Shown here: positions 27,295-38,800 of the stretch, in pieces
Position numbering within the stretch: position 1 is the stretch's first letter
Layout: every line of letters starts with the position of its first letter
NCBI GenBank assembly: GCA_017616775.1
Contig: JAFZXM010000028.1
Location: forward strand, 2,172-66,171
DNA: 64,000 nucleotides
From: Bacteroidales bacterium
GTDB lineage: Bacteria; Bacteroidota; Bacteroidia; Bacteroidales; WCHB1-69
Direction: 5' to 3'
Notes under the pieces: model-generated
Told to the model about the DNA's origin: nothing
The model's input: only the letters and a program-made list of their open reading frames with translations
The model's database searches: none
Program-made: the position numbers and the translations under genes

Positions 27295-28692
27295 TTAAAT
27301 GGCGGTTTTGAAGCTGATGCCGTAAAACAGTTTTCCTACCTGAAAACTATAGGAAGTTTCAAAACGGAACACTTTGTCATAGGAAGTCACCAAATCCAGA
27401 CCCATGCCCAAAACCTGTTGCCACGGTGCCAGCTGCTCGTGTTTGTTCAATATCAAATAGTCGGTGTCGGCGGTATAATACATAATATCGAAAAATATGT
27501 TCCAATAGCAGGCAAAGCTTAAATGACCTATACGGGGGTCCCAATTGCGGATACGGATGAAGGTGGGTTCAAGCAGGGCTATTTTGAAATTGGTTTTGAG
27601 CAATATCATATTGTCGGCGGGAATGAGATAGGAATACAGACCTCTGATTTCAATATTGTCGCTGTTGATGAATTTTCCTATGGTAATGGGGAAGCGGGTG
27701 TTGAAGGTTGAAAACAGGCTGATGCCCGCTCCGAAATAAAAACGGGGCACTATGGGTGTATAATATCTTCCGTTAACTTGGGCATATAGCGTGTTTACAC
27801 TTTCAAACGGGATAAACAAACCGTTTTTTTCCAATATGATATCCGCATAAAATCCTTTAAGCGGATAAGAGGAGTAATCCCGATAATCCCATTTGGCCTT
27901 GGTGTATAATTGAAAATAATTGATGGAATGGGAATGCCAAAAGTCATTTTGTTCTTGGAAGATGGTATCATTGTAGTTGTCAATATAATAGCTTATGTTG
28001 TTTTCCCAAGTGAAATGGTGTTTGGGGCGCCAAATAATGCCCGCCATGGCATATCCTCCGTATCGTATTACTTTATGGCTTCTCAGGGGTTGCAACCGGT
28101 AATCGCAGATAGCGGTGATAATTTTTCTGCTGATATTGAATCCAGCCCCCATTTGTATTCCTATCGTCTTTTTTTTATTGACATAAGGAATGATATATTT
28201 GATATTTAACAGATTGTCGTATCCTGCGTGGATGGTGACGGACACTTGGTGCTTGCGGCCCAAAAAGTTATAGTCGGTGAGTTCCATGCCGAATGTTAAG
28301 GTATGCCAATTAAGCGGTTTTGACTGCCACCATGTGTTAAAATTCCCTTCAGCGGTGCGGATGTGCAACACGGGTATCCAATACCATTGTTCTTCTACAT
28401 TAATATATATAATGATATTTTGGTTGTCGGCGGTGTAAGAGATGTCCACCCAATTGAACAGCGATGCATTAAGCAGATTTTGTTTGCTTTGGGTGATATG
28501 CTTGTCAAGGAGTTCCATGTTCAGCGTGTCGCCTGTCCGGAAGGTGAGTTCACGCAAAATGACATATTCTTTTGTACGGTGATTGCCGCTGAGGATAATA
28601 TTCTGAATTGTATAATTTTGTCCGTAGCCCCAATAAAAGCAAGTAAGTAAAAACGAGCATGCAAATATTACCGGTAAACGGGAGCGTGGCAT
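27295..28692 (-). CDS. Omp85/BamA-family outer-membrane protein (single POTRA-like domain plus beta-barrel)
   Basis: Signal peptide, POTRA-like YTIQNIILSGNHRTKEYVILRELTFRTGDTL, alternating beta-strand pattern, C-terminal aromatic-rich strand (YGISFKTAI). Confidence 0.65.
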   Translation of the reverse strand: MPRSRLPVIFACSFLLTCFYWGYGQNYTIQNIILSGNHRTKEYVILRELTFRTGDTLNMELLDKHITQSKQNLLNASLFNWVDISYTADNQNIIIYINVEEQWYWIPVLHIRTAEGNFNTWWQSKPLNWHTLTFGMELTDYNFLGRKHQVSVTIHAGYDNLLNIKYIIPYVNKKKTIGIQMGAGFNISRKIITAICDYRLQPLRSHKVIRYGGYAMAGIIWRPKHHFTWENNISYYIDNYNDTIFQEQNDFWHSHSINYFQLYTKAKWDYRDYSSYPLKGFYADIILEKNGLFIPFESVNTLYAQVNGRYYTPIVPRFYFGAGISLFSTFNTRFPITIGKFINSDNIEIRGLYSYLIPADNMILLKTNFKIALLEPTFIRIRNWDPRIGHLSFACYWNIFFDIMYYTADTDYLILNKHEQLAPWQQVLGMGLDLVTSYDKVFRFETSYSFQVGKLFYGISFKTAI

Positions 28693-28698
28693 GAAAGC

Positions 28699-29340
28699 TT
28701 ATTGTTTTTTCTTGTTCATGGAAGCCACAAATAGGGACAAGGGCTTGTAAAAAAATATAATCATGGTAAACAAGCCGATGGTAATCCACGAGTCTGCCAA
28801 ATTGAATACAGCCGGAAAGAAATTGAAATAATGTCCGCTCCACACGGGAAACGATTCGGGAAAACGGATGGTGAACAAGTCAAATTGTATCATATCCACC
28901 ACTTTTCCCTGGAGCCACGGTGCATAACCTCCTTCCGGGGGCAATAGGGTGGACAGGGCTCCGTAATAAATGCTTTCGGAAAATATTTTGCCGTAAAAAA
29001 TACAGTCGATAATATTGCCCACGGCGCCGGAAAAAATCAAAGTGCTGCATATCAGCAGCCCCCAGGATGCTTTTTGTTTTATCATCAATATGCACACATA
29101 AGCTATGACGGCAGCAGCCAATATTCTAAACGAAGTGAGGATGAATTTGCCCCACATGCCTCCGAAAGCCATGCCGAAAGCCATGCCTTCGTTTTCGATA
29201 AAATGTAATTTAAACCATTGACCGCACAAAGGTAATTCTTCGCCTAAATACATGTGGGTTTTTACCCAAAATTTAAGCAATTGGTCCGCCATAATAAGAA
29301 GTATGGCTATAAGTATAATAATGGCAGCCCGTTTTTTCAC
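28699..29340 (-). CDS. lspA: lipoprotein signal peptidase (signal peptidase II)
   Basis: ADQLLKFWV, FIENEGMAFG, GAVGNIIDCIFYG, VVDMIQF and FNLADSWITIG, with the insertion commonly seen in Bacteroidota LspA. Confidence 0.85.
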   Translation of the reverse strand: MKKRAAIIILIAILLIMADQLLKFWVKTHMYLGEELPLCGQWFKLHFIENEGMAFGMAFGGMWGKFILTSFRILAAAVIAYVCILMIKQKASWGLLICSTLIFSGAVGNIIDCIFYGKIFSESIYYGALSTLLPPEGGYAPWLQGKVVDMIQFDLFTIRFPESFPVWSGHYFNFFPAVFNLADSWITIGLFTMIIFFYKPLSLFVASMNKKKQ

Positions 29341-29729
29341 TTATTTTTTCTTCCGATTTTGGCTTCGTAAGACAAGGTTGCATGAGGAACACTTTTCAAA
29401 CGTTCTTTGTCTATGAGTTCTCCCGTTTCACGGCAAACACCGTAGGTTTTGTTCTCTATGCGCACCAATGCAGCTTCCAAATTTTCAATGTATTTTTCCA
29501 ATCTGCCTGCCAATCGGCTGTTCTCTTCTTTACTGGCAGCAGCCTGCCCCTCTTCCATCACTTTGAATGAAGGTGAAGTGTCGGATACATCGTTACCGTC
29601 TTCTCCGCTTACAGCATCGGTGTAAACTTTCATATCTTCTCTTGCTTTTTCCAACTTGCTTAAAATAAGTTGCTTGAACTCTTGCAATTCTTCATCGGAA
29701 TATCTTTTGATCTCCAGATTTTTTTCCAT
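29337..29729 (-). CDS. TraR/DksA-family C4 zinc-finger protein
   Basis: 130 aa. Coiled N-terminal part and C-terminal YGVCRETGELIDKERLKSVPHATL. Overlaps lspA by 4 nt. Confidence 0.8.
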   Translation of the reverse strand: MEKNLEIKRYSDEELQEFKQLILSKLEKAREDMKVYTDAVSGEDGNDVSDTSPSFKVMEEGQAAASKEENSRLAGRLEKYIENLEAALVRIENKTYGVCRETGELIDKERLKSVPHATLSYEAKIGRKNK

Positions 29730-29790
29730 TAATATTTCCTCCTATTATTCAGCATTTTATATGTGGTCACGAATACATTATTCTAATCTC

Positions 29791-29798
29791 CAAAGGTA
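29791..29798 (-). promoter_or_regulatory. -7 box TACCTTTG for the dksA-lspA-omp85 string
   Basis: Reverse complement of CAAAGGTA, 62 nt upstream of the ATG at 29729. A T9 tract lies just upstream of the box. Confidence 0.45.
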
Positions 29799-29929
29799 CA
29801 AAAAAAAACAATATCTTTTGGAATTTCTATTTTTATTTAATATAAAATATTGATTTTCAGAACAAAAAAATATGCAAAAAAACGCATAAAAAAATGATAT
29901 TTATTACAAATGAATACGAAAAGAAATAG

Positions 29930-29937
29930 TATCTTTG
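29930..29937 (+). promoter_or_regulatory. -7 box TATCTTTGCA for the two-gene outer-membrane module
   Basis: 31 nt upstream of the ATG at 29968. The track ORF start (29935) lies inside this box and is rejected. Confidence 0.5.
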
Positions 29938-29967
29938 CATTATTCAAACTCAACAACTATCAAACAT

Positions 29968-30816
29968 ATGAAAAACAATATAATATTGCTTGCAGCGATA
30001 TCATTCGTTGTGAGTGTATCCCGTGCGGATAATCAGAAGAGTATTTTGGGCGCAAAAGCAAAAGGCAAGGCGGAGGTGTCTGTGGCGGCATGTGATTTTT
30101 GGGCTTGTAATAACAATCAGGCGGCATTGGGTTTTTATACTTCTTACGCGGCGGGGATATGTTATGAGAACAGGTTTCTTACGCAATTTACGTCAGTGGG
30201 GGCGGTGGCAGTGGTGTGTCCGGTGAACAAAGCGGGGGTGTTCAGTGCTTGTGTGCAGCTGAGCGGAGCGGGCGGTTTTAATCAGGTGCAGGCGGGGGTG
30301 GCCTATAGTCGCGCTTTTGGTAAATATATAGGAGTGGGTCTGCAATTTGATTATTTGTTAAACTATTTCGGGGAATCGTATTACGGTTATTCCCACGGTT
30401 TTACTTTTGAGGCGGGCATATACGGAAAAGTAACCCCTGATTTATCTTTGGCTTTTCATGTTTATAATCCTGCCCGTTTGCGCATGATGTGTTCCGGAGC
30501 TGTCAAAGAATACATACCCACTTTGTTCCGTTTGGGTGCGGAGTGGCATGTGGGTAAAAATTGCGAATTGAGCGCCGAGGTGTCAAAAGGTTTGGATACG
30601 CGGTTCAACGGAGCCTTGGCTGTAGAATATGCATTCGCTTCGTATTTGTCGTTAAGGGCGGGAATGCGCATGCCCGATTTTGTGTTCAGCATAGGATTGG
30701 GATTCCGAATCAAGGCTTGGACAATAGATGTGTCGTCTTCTTATCACACCGTTTTGGGCTATAGCCCTCAAATATCACTCGTTTGCCGGTTTAAACAGCA
30801 TAAAGATGAAAAATAA
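29968..30816 (+). CDS. hypothetical outer-membrane beta-barrel protein (~280 aa)
   Basis: Start at MKNNIILLAAISFVVSVSRA (signal peptide). Alternating hydrophobic strands (GVGLQFDYLL, FTFEAGIYGKV, LSAEVSKGL, LAVEYAF, FSIGLGFRI) and a near-terminal ISLVCRF. Faint resemblance to PorV/PorQ/FadL-like barrels, not enough to name it. Confidence 0.55.
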   Translation: MKNNIILLAAISFVVSVSRADNQKSILGAKAKGKAEVSVAACDFWACNNNQAALGFYTSYAAGICYENRFLTQFTSVGAVAVVCPVNKAGVFSACVQLSGAGGFNQVQAGVAYSRAFGKYIGVGLQFDYLLNYFGESYYGYSHGFTFEAGIYGKVTPDLSLAFHVYNPARLRMMCSGAVKEYIPTLFRLGAEWHVGKNCELSAEVSKGLDTRFNGALAVEYAFASYLSLRAGMRMPDFVFSIGLGFRIKAWTIDVSSSYHTVLGYSPQISLVCRFKQHKDEK

Positions 30817-32866
30817 AGTTCTGCTATTGTGTTTTTGTTTTGTCCGTACCGTGTCCGGACAAGTGGACAGTGTGACAAACAACCGTTTTTCTTCATGGTA
30901 TAGCGATATGGAATATGCCATAGAAGATTTGGTATCCGAAGGGGATGAAGAAACGGATTGTTCCGAATTGGTGGAAAAAATGGTCCATTACAGCGATCAC
31001 CGTATCAACATAAACTGTCCTGATTATGAAGGATTGTCCGAAATAGGAATATCGGATTGGCAATTGTACAATCTGCAAAAATATTTATCCCTGTACGGTA
31101 CCATATATTCTTGGAATGAGTTGTCCATGGTGCCCGGATGGAGTGAATCGGTGGTGAAGAAATATATGCCTTTTATAGAATTGTCTGCTGTTCAAAAAGA
31201 TGATGAAAAAAGTTGGAAGTCAATATGGAAGCAAGGCAGGCATTCTTGGCTGATGCGATACGGGCAAGTGTTGGAATCGCAGGCGGGCTATGCGTCTGAC
31301 GGAAACGGAAGGGCATATGAAGGCAAGGCGTTCGGGATGATGTGCAAATATGTATTCCGGTCCAAAGACAAGCTGCAACTGGGATTGGTAGCGGAAAAAG
31401 ATGCGGGAGAAGCTTTTTTCAAAGGCGGCAACAAAGCGGGTTTTGATTATTATTCCATGCATTTTTTTGTAAAAAATATCAAATGCTTCAAAAGTGTGGC
31501 TTTGGGCAGTTACCGGCTTTCATTTGGTCAAGGATTGTCCATGAATAAAGATTTAATGTATGGCAAACCGCCAAATTCGGTGGATTTATATCGACAAAGC
31601 CGCTTGCTGAAGCCGCACACCTCGTCCGATGAATATAATTATCTGCATGGGGCGGCAACCGTTATTGATTGCAAGGTGATGGATTTGTTGTTGTTTTATT
31701 CTTTTTGTTACAGAGATGCCGTATTGAAAGAAGACAGTGTTGGCGGGACGTATATCACTTCCTTGCAGCAAACGGGATATCACCGTACTGCGGTCGAAGC
31801 ATCCGGAAAAAACAGTGTTCAAGAGCAAATGGCAGGCATGTATATTAATTTTAACAGAAGTGCAATGCATATAGGGGCGGCTTTTTATTATACCCGTTAT
31901 TCTTTTCCGTGGCAAAGCGGGCAGGCTTTGTATAATGCGTATAAGTTCAGCGGACTGTGGAATATAAATGCATCTGCGGACTATAAATTTTTATGGCGGA
32001 GAACTTCCTGGTACGGGGAATTGGCCGTGAGTGCCAATAAAGGGCTGGCAACAATGCACGGCGTAAATTTGAATATACATCCCAAATTCACGCTGGCAGT
32101 GATGTATCGTTATTATTCACCCCGTTATCAATGCGTTCATGCCGGAGCCTATGGGGAAAACAGCGGCAATGCCAACGAGCGGGGAATATATGTGGGTTTT
32201 AATGCCATATTGGGCAAGCGTATCACTTGTAATGCATATGTGGATTATTTTATGTTCCCGTGGCTTACATACAGGGTGGATGCCCCTTCGGACGGTTGGA
32301 GTGCCAAGGTGCAACTGGATTATGAGGCAAGCAGATATTTTTCCGTCAATTTGAGGGTGAAATACAAAACGCGGGCCCTTAATTATGATACCGGCGGATA
32401 TAATGAAATATATCATTACAATAAGCAGCATTATCAGTTTCAATGTGTTTGGCAGCCGTTGGCGAATTTGCAGTTGAGAACAAAAATAGAAGCGGTGAAT
32501 TACCGGTTGCGTCCGCAAGAAAAATATCATCAGGGATATTGGGTGAGTGAAGATATCAAGTGGCAAATCAGGCGGTGGAATTTGTCCCTGGCCGGCAGAT
32601 TCGCTTTGTTTGACACTTATTCCTACAACGAGCGCATAAGCGTGTATGAAGATGATGTGTTGTATGCTTTTTCCTCCCCTTCGTTATACAACAAAGGTTG
32701 CAGAATGTATTTGGTGTTGCATTATCAGCCTTGTAAAATAATGCACATATGGGCTAAAATAGCCCAAACATATTATCACAATATGCAGCATATCGGCAGC
32801 GGGCTTTCGGAGATACAGGGGCGGCACAAAACCGATGTCAAACTGCAAGTGCAGTTCAAATGGTAA
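30806..32866 (+). CDS. large outer-membrane beta-barrel protein with an N-terminal ComEA-like helix-hairpin-helix domain
   Basis: Start at MKNKVLLLCFCFVRTVSGQ (ATG 30806, overlapping the upstream gene by 11 nt). ININCPDYEGLSEIGISDWQLYNLQKYLSLYGTIYSWNELSMVPGWSESVVKKYMPFI matches the ComEA HhH layout. The remaining ~550 aa is beta-strand rich and ends ...KLQVQFKW (terminal aromatic). Confidence 0.65.
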   Translation: MKNKVLLLCFCFVRTVSGQVDSVTNNRFSSWYSDMEYAIEDLVSEGDEETDCSELVEKMVHYSDHRININCPDYEGLSEIGISDWQLYNLQKYLSLYGTIYSWNELSMVPGWSESVVKKYMPFIELSAVQKDDEKSWKSIWKQGRHSWLMRYGQVLESQAGYASDGNGRAYEGKAFGMMCKYVFRSKDKLQLGLVAEKDAGEAFFKGGNKAGFDYYSMHFFVKNIKCFKSVALGSYRLSFGQGLSMNKDLMYGKPPNSVDLYRQSRLLKPHTSSDEYNYLHGAATVIDCKVMDLLLFYSFCYRDAVLKEDSVGGTYITSLQQTGYHRTAVEASGKNSVQEQMAGMYINFNRSAMHIGAAFYYTRYSFPWQSGQALYNAYKFSGLWNINASADYKFLWRRTSWYGELAVSANKGLATMHGVNLNIHPKFTLAVMYRYYSPRYQCVHAGAYGENSGNANERGIYVGFNAILGKRITCNAYVDYFMFPWLTYRVDAPSDGWSAKVQLDYEASRYFSVNLRVKYKTRALNYDTGGYNEIYHYNKQHYQFQCVWQPLANLQLRTKIEAVNYRLRPQEKYHQGYWVSEDIKWQIRRWNLSLAGRFALFDTYSYNERISVYEDDVLYAFSSPSLYNKGCRMYLVLHYQPCKIMHIWAKIAQTYYHNMQHIGSGLSEIQGRHKTDVKLQVQFKW

Positions 32867-32896
32867 AATATAAGCGGAAAAGCGTATGGGCAAATG

Positions 32897-35800
32897 CTAC
32901 ATTTGGGAGAGCATGATTTTCAAGCTCACACCGGCTTCCAGATTGACGTTTTTGAATTGGTTGGCCAAATGGGGTTCTCTCAACACATGATTGTAGAATG
33001 CTTTTACAAAGAAGTTTTTAGTGATTTGGTATTCTGCGCTCAATGCTATGGACAATATGTTTTGACCGGCAGAAGGGGTGTTGGTGGCTTCTTCTATTTT
33101 ACGCAATACGGTTTTGTTGTTTTTGATGGAAAAATCCAGTCTCAGTTGTAATTCCCCGTCGGTTTGGCGGCGAACACCGGCGAAATCAAAGGTGATTTTC
33201 AAATTTTTGAATCGGTAGCCGGCGCCGAATATCAATTCATCGTTGCTGACTTCCGTTATTTGGAAATTAGTCATAGCCAAAGTCACGCTACGTGTTTTTT
33301 TCCATTCCATTTTGAATTGGAAGCTGTTTTTCAAAGACATATCTATGCCTATTATCGGGTTCATGGATTCGGTAATGGTGACGGTTCCTGTTTCTATGGC
33401 AGGAATAAAGTTGTCCAAAGCATCTCTGATGTCTTGTAAATCACCGTTATCGGCCACATATGCCACATTGGTGGCAAAGCCTCCTATTTGATACACGCAA
33501 GTGTAGGCATGGGTGAGATTGATGGATTGGAATATTTTGTTTACGCCCGGAATTTTTGTAATGCCATTGTATGTGATACGCCAATTGGGCAAAGGAATCT
33601 TGATAAATGGTGATTGTATATTCTGTTTGTCGGCGTTTTTACCCGTGTAGGCGGCTAAAAACGAATACATGAGTACATCTTGGTTCAATTCTCCGTATCC
33701 GTCAGGGAAGGGGTCAGTTCCCATATCGTAATCGGCACGCCGGCCTTTTCTGTATTCTGCCAATCGTGTTGCTATGGTCAGCCGGTTGCTTTTGAATTTT
33801 TCAAAGTTGGCGCTCTTATAACGGTCGCTCGTACCGGTGAGGTCGGAGTTTGAATTATTTTTTCCGCGGAAAGCAAACAAGTTGAGTTTCCCCGAAGCAT
33901 CTTTTTCAAACAGGGTGCCTATGCAGATGGTGGTGATGGAGAATCCGCCGGTATTTTGTGGCGTGTAATCGGCATATACGCCATTGGAATCGCACAAATA
34001 GTAAGATTGTTTGACAGAAGAGAAAGTGCGTGAACCGGTGAGGTCTATTTTTAAATCTTTGATGGGTTCCAATTGCACTTTCATGGTTAAATTGGTATTA
34101 TGCCTGCTCATATAAGGGGTGTTGAGCAAATCGCTACTGGTGAGCCATCCGTTTTGTCCTGCCCTGAATCTTAAGTTGTCATCCTGATGACCGAAAGCGA
34201 ATAAGAAACCCGGAGCTCCATTGTGAGAAGGATCCAAGCCTATAAATTGTGGAGTGAGACTGTATCCGGGCAGATTGATGCCATTGCCTTCGGTATAGGT
34301 GAACTGTACGTTTTTCACCAGCATTACCAGTCGCAACACATTATCCAACACTTCTTTGCCGACATTCTTTTTGTCTTTTTTGTCTTGCGGTTTTTTTGCA
34401 TTATCCTGTTTTACCGTATCTTGAGATGTTTTATTCAGTTTTTTCGGGTCGGGAGTGTTTTTGTTGTCCTGTTTGCTTTTGACTATAGGTTTGTCTTTCA
34501 AACTGCCTCCGAAAGTGCGCTGGTTTACTTTGCGGAGATATTTGGATTTGTTGTACAAATTGGTAAAATTGGCAATAACATTCAACCGTTTGGTATTGGT
34601 GTTTTCCAAATTGTTGCCCAAATAGGAAACCGCTTCCGCGCTGGCTGTCCACCCGTAGGTGGAAGCATAGCTTACATTGCTGGAGATAAAGCTGAAGATA
34701 GGAATTTTATTGATGGGTATTTGGTAGGATGCGGAGAACGATTGGGTATAATCGTTCATTTTTCCTCCATTGCCGAAACTTCTCCATACAGTGTCTTTTT
34801 TTACCTTGGTGTCTATTCTGCCCTGAGGATCGGTCAGCAGGGCTTTTGCCGTCGCTTTATAGTCCAATTTCAAACCTTCGCATATATCCCAATGCAGGGC
34901 ATAGTCTCTGTTCCATTCAAAGGCTTTTATAAAAGTGGGTTCTATGATGATATCGCCCACCGACTTGTTGCGGATTTTACTTTCACTAAACAACCGGTAA
35001 ACATCGGTTTCAAACGAGAACGATTTGGGATAGGGATAAAGGTTGATGTCGGAAATCAGTTGCAGCCATTTGTATTTTTTCAGTTTGTTAAACGGCTGTA
35101 ATTTTTTGGGATTGGCATTGTACACATAGGCAAAAGATCCCCGGTGTGTTTTTTCGTTGTCGTATTCCATATCTATGTCATAGCTTTTCTTTTCGGTATA
35201 GGCATAGGATATGTCAAAATTTTCCAAATTCCAAAAATGGTCTTTTTTATCACTGTTTCCTTTGTCTTTGTGTATGTTCATCAAATTGAAATTTTGACGT
35301 TGCACCATGCCGGTGGATTGTCGTTTGATGGAATCTCTTTCTTGTTCCGTACGATATGTTTTAAGGTCATTTTTCAGTTTCACGTCCGGATTGAGCGGAT
35401 TATATTCCGGAGAGGACACCATGCGTGAAAAATCGTAATGCAGAGGGATGCTTACCGCCCATTTTTCGGGCAGCAGTTTGCCCAGTTGCAGGGTGGTGGA
35501 CAGGGCTATGGAGGTGGTGGTTTCCTGACTTCTGTCGTAGGTGGACGATTCCAAAGAGCCAAATCCTGCCGTAGTAATGCTTGCCGAAAGGGAGATATCG
35601 CCGAAATCGGCTAAATCCAAGCGGGCTTGACCTAAAGCTGCCCATCCGCCTTTTTCTTCAAAATTGCCCAGTCGTAATTCGTTAACCCATACTTCTACCG
35701 ATTTGGTATCCATATCATCGTTATCGTTAAGGGATTGTTTGCGGGGATTGCGCAAACCCATCATAATCACTTTCACCTCTCCCAAATTCGGGCTTCCCAC

Positions 35801-38800
35801 AACACTTATTTTATTGGCGCCGTCCCATACGGAATATATGTCGGTAAGAGCTATGGTGCCTTGGTATCGGGTGGCGATATTCCTGTCTTGCTTGGCGTCT
35901 ATTAATTTTTGTAATTCTATATTGATATAATTGCTTTGTGGCCAAATGTCAGCGGTGTCGGTTTCACCCCATTCGGTAAGGTCGAAGGGCACTTCGTATT
36001 CATAGTAGTTTTCGGTAAAATCCGATCCCAGGCGGATAAAAAATTTAATATCACCTTTTTCCAGCACATCGGCGTCGTCTACTTTTTCGGCGTGCAGATA
36101 GCATTTCAAGGTGCCGAAACGGCGATAGTCGTAGTTGGTGTTTTTATATACGGCTCTGGCATCGCCGTCCGACAAATTGATTACTTTTAATGTCAAACTT
36201 TGTTCGTTGAGTTCTTTTTCCGATTGTCCCACCAATGTTTTTTCTCTGGCCACGCCGGCAGGCATTTTATACGGGATAGGGGTGCGTTTGGAGTTTTCCT
36301 CCAAGCTTAAAGTGGATGCTTCAAAAGTGGTGTTGTCGGAAATGTTGGTCGGGTAGCCGCCGTCTTCCCTCAGGTCTTTGGTATAGGTGCGCCAATCGCC
36401 CCGCACTAATTCAAGGGCGGCAAAGCGTAATACCACAGGCTCGTCAAATCCTTTCAGAAACATACGTATAAAGCGGATGGAGCTGAAGCCCGATATGCCT
36501 CCTACCACCAAGTCGGGTTGGCGTACGGGGACTTTAAATTGATACCATTTGACTTTTTCCACGTTTCCGTTGGCTAAGCTGACCGTACTTTCCTGTATAT
36601 CGGTAATATAATTTTCTCCCACGTTCATGGTGGCAGGGGTGAGTTCCATTTCATATTGGTAATAACGCTCATCCTCGCTCATGGTGTTGTCGTTGTTGAT
36701 ATCTTCCATATTGGGTGTGGTGGTGGCTTGGGTGGAATAGGATTCCGTTTGGTCGTTGTCGGTGGGAGAGTTGCCTTCCGCCTGATTGTAATATTTATAC
36801 CGGTCTAATATGGACAAATAGGCGGCATCGTAGTCCGACCCTCTGAAATAGTGATAATTGTCACCCGAAGGGTCATTGTTGAATTTGGAAAACACATTCG
36901 GGTCAACCATGCCTTTCACCGAAGCCAAATAGCTGCTGAAATGTTCCCTTTCCAGGGAGTCGTATAATCCGTCATAGCCCACGTCTTGATATCTTCGGGA
37001 GGAGATGCTGTTGTCAAAAGCGCTCACGATAGACTGATTGACGGGCACTCTTCCCCAAATGGTATAGTCGGCGCCGTCATTGCTGCCGTCTGCCGCCAGG
37101 CCGTGTTCATAACTTTTACGGCCGTCGCGGAGTATATCTTCGGATATATCACCCAAATTGATATAAAATTTACCGCCGGAATGGCTGCCGGAGTCTAAGA
37201 ACGGGTCTAACATCCAAAATTCTATATATTCGATATTCGATGTTTCAAAATCGGTGATATCCAGCTTGCGCATAATACCGCCCCAGCGTGATTTGGGGTT
37301 GGCAAGGCTGCCGTCGTAATTCAATCCGGAAGAGTATGCGGTGGGTTGTACATCATAGTTGTAAGGACCTCTTTCGTCGGGATAGAATGCGAGGTCCAAT
37401 ACGGATATATAAGGATCTTCTCCTGAAGTGGTGACCACCGGTCTGTTGGGAAATACTTCCACCACTTTTACCCTGCGGGAATAGGTTTGGGAACGGGCAT
37501 TGGCATCGATAGCTCCGTTGAAATATCTTTCATCTTCTTTGTTGTGAAACAGAGGGTCTATTATATGCCATGCTAACAGCGCTCTGTTATAGCCGTAAGC
37601 CAAGGCGGTTCCGGTGGCACCTTCGGGGAACATGTTGCGTTGTGTTTGGCCTTGCGGTGTGCTGGCTAATTTCCACATCAGCATGGAACGCAAATCATAA
37701 GAAGATTTTGACGCTTCAAAATCGTCAATATACAAATCGGCTTTGTTTCCCCGTCCTATCAATCGGGAGTGCCCCGGCACAAAATTGGCAAATTCACCGC
37801 TGAATTGGAATCTTGAGTCGGTGGTGGAACTATAGAATGGCAGATAATTTAATATTTTGGTTATCCATCTGGAATTTTTCTGATAGGCCATATTCATGCC
37901 CCAAATGGTATTGTTGATGGGTTCTTCCCCGAAATCCACTTTTACGGTACCGTCAATAGGGCGTTCTCTTAAATTCAGCACCGTAAAGCCTGCCATAATA
38001 TTCTTGTTGAAAGTATATTCCGCATTCAAGCCGAAGAAGGTTTTCTTTTGGGAGAACATATTTTGGCTTTCCACCGATATGGAAATGGGGGTGCCGGAAT
38101 TCATATAGCTTTCGTTGGTGATGGTGACGGTACCCATGTTATAGTCCACCTTGTAATCGGTGTTTTCCTTGAGGGTGATGCCGCCGGCGGTAACCACCAC
38201 GGAGCCTTCGGCTATGCTTGTCATTCCTAAGGATACGCTGGCTCCGGCAGTGGATTTGAAGCTTCCTTCCAAATAAAATTTGTTTTTGTCGGGATATTGT
38301 TGTGCCAATATTTTTGTTTGGGTATACAAAGAGTCAAAAGCATATTTTTCCGCAGCGGCAGGGTCGGAAGCCATTACGGCGCGCAAATCTTTTCCGAAAG
38401 GTTCCACCAAAGGAAGATACACCCTGCCTGTATTGGATTGCATGGTACCGCCGTCGGTGGCGGCGTTATCCACAAAATCGTACAATCCGTCCGGAGCCGC
38501 TTCCAGCTGGCGGGTTAACCTGTCCATCCCCAACAGCCGAATGAGGGCTATACCTTGCAAATCTTCTGCCACATCCGAAAAATAACCTTTTGCTATACCG
38601 CCTTCTTCTCCCCGATATAATATATTCAAACGGAAATCTTCATTGGACAGCTGGTAGGTGTTGAGGGTGTACACGTTTTTCATCATCAATTTCCACATGG
38701 GTAATTGCGTGTTCACCGATGTGCTTTTCAATAATTTCACCACCAAACAATTGGGAGTTTCCACTTCGTTGGAAAACTGGCCTACTTGATAAACCGTGGT

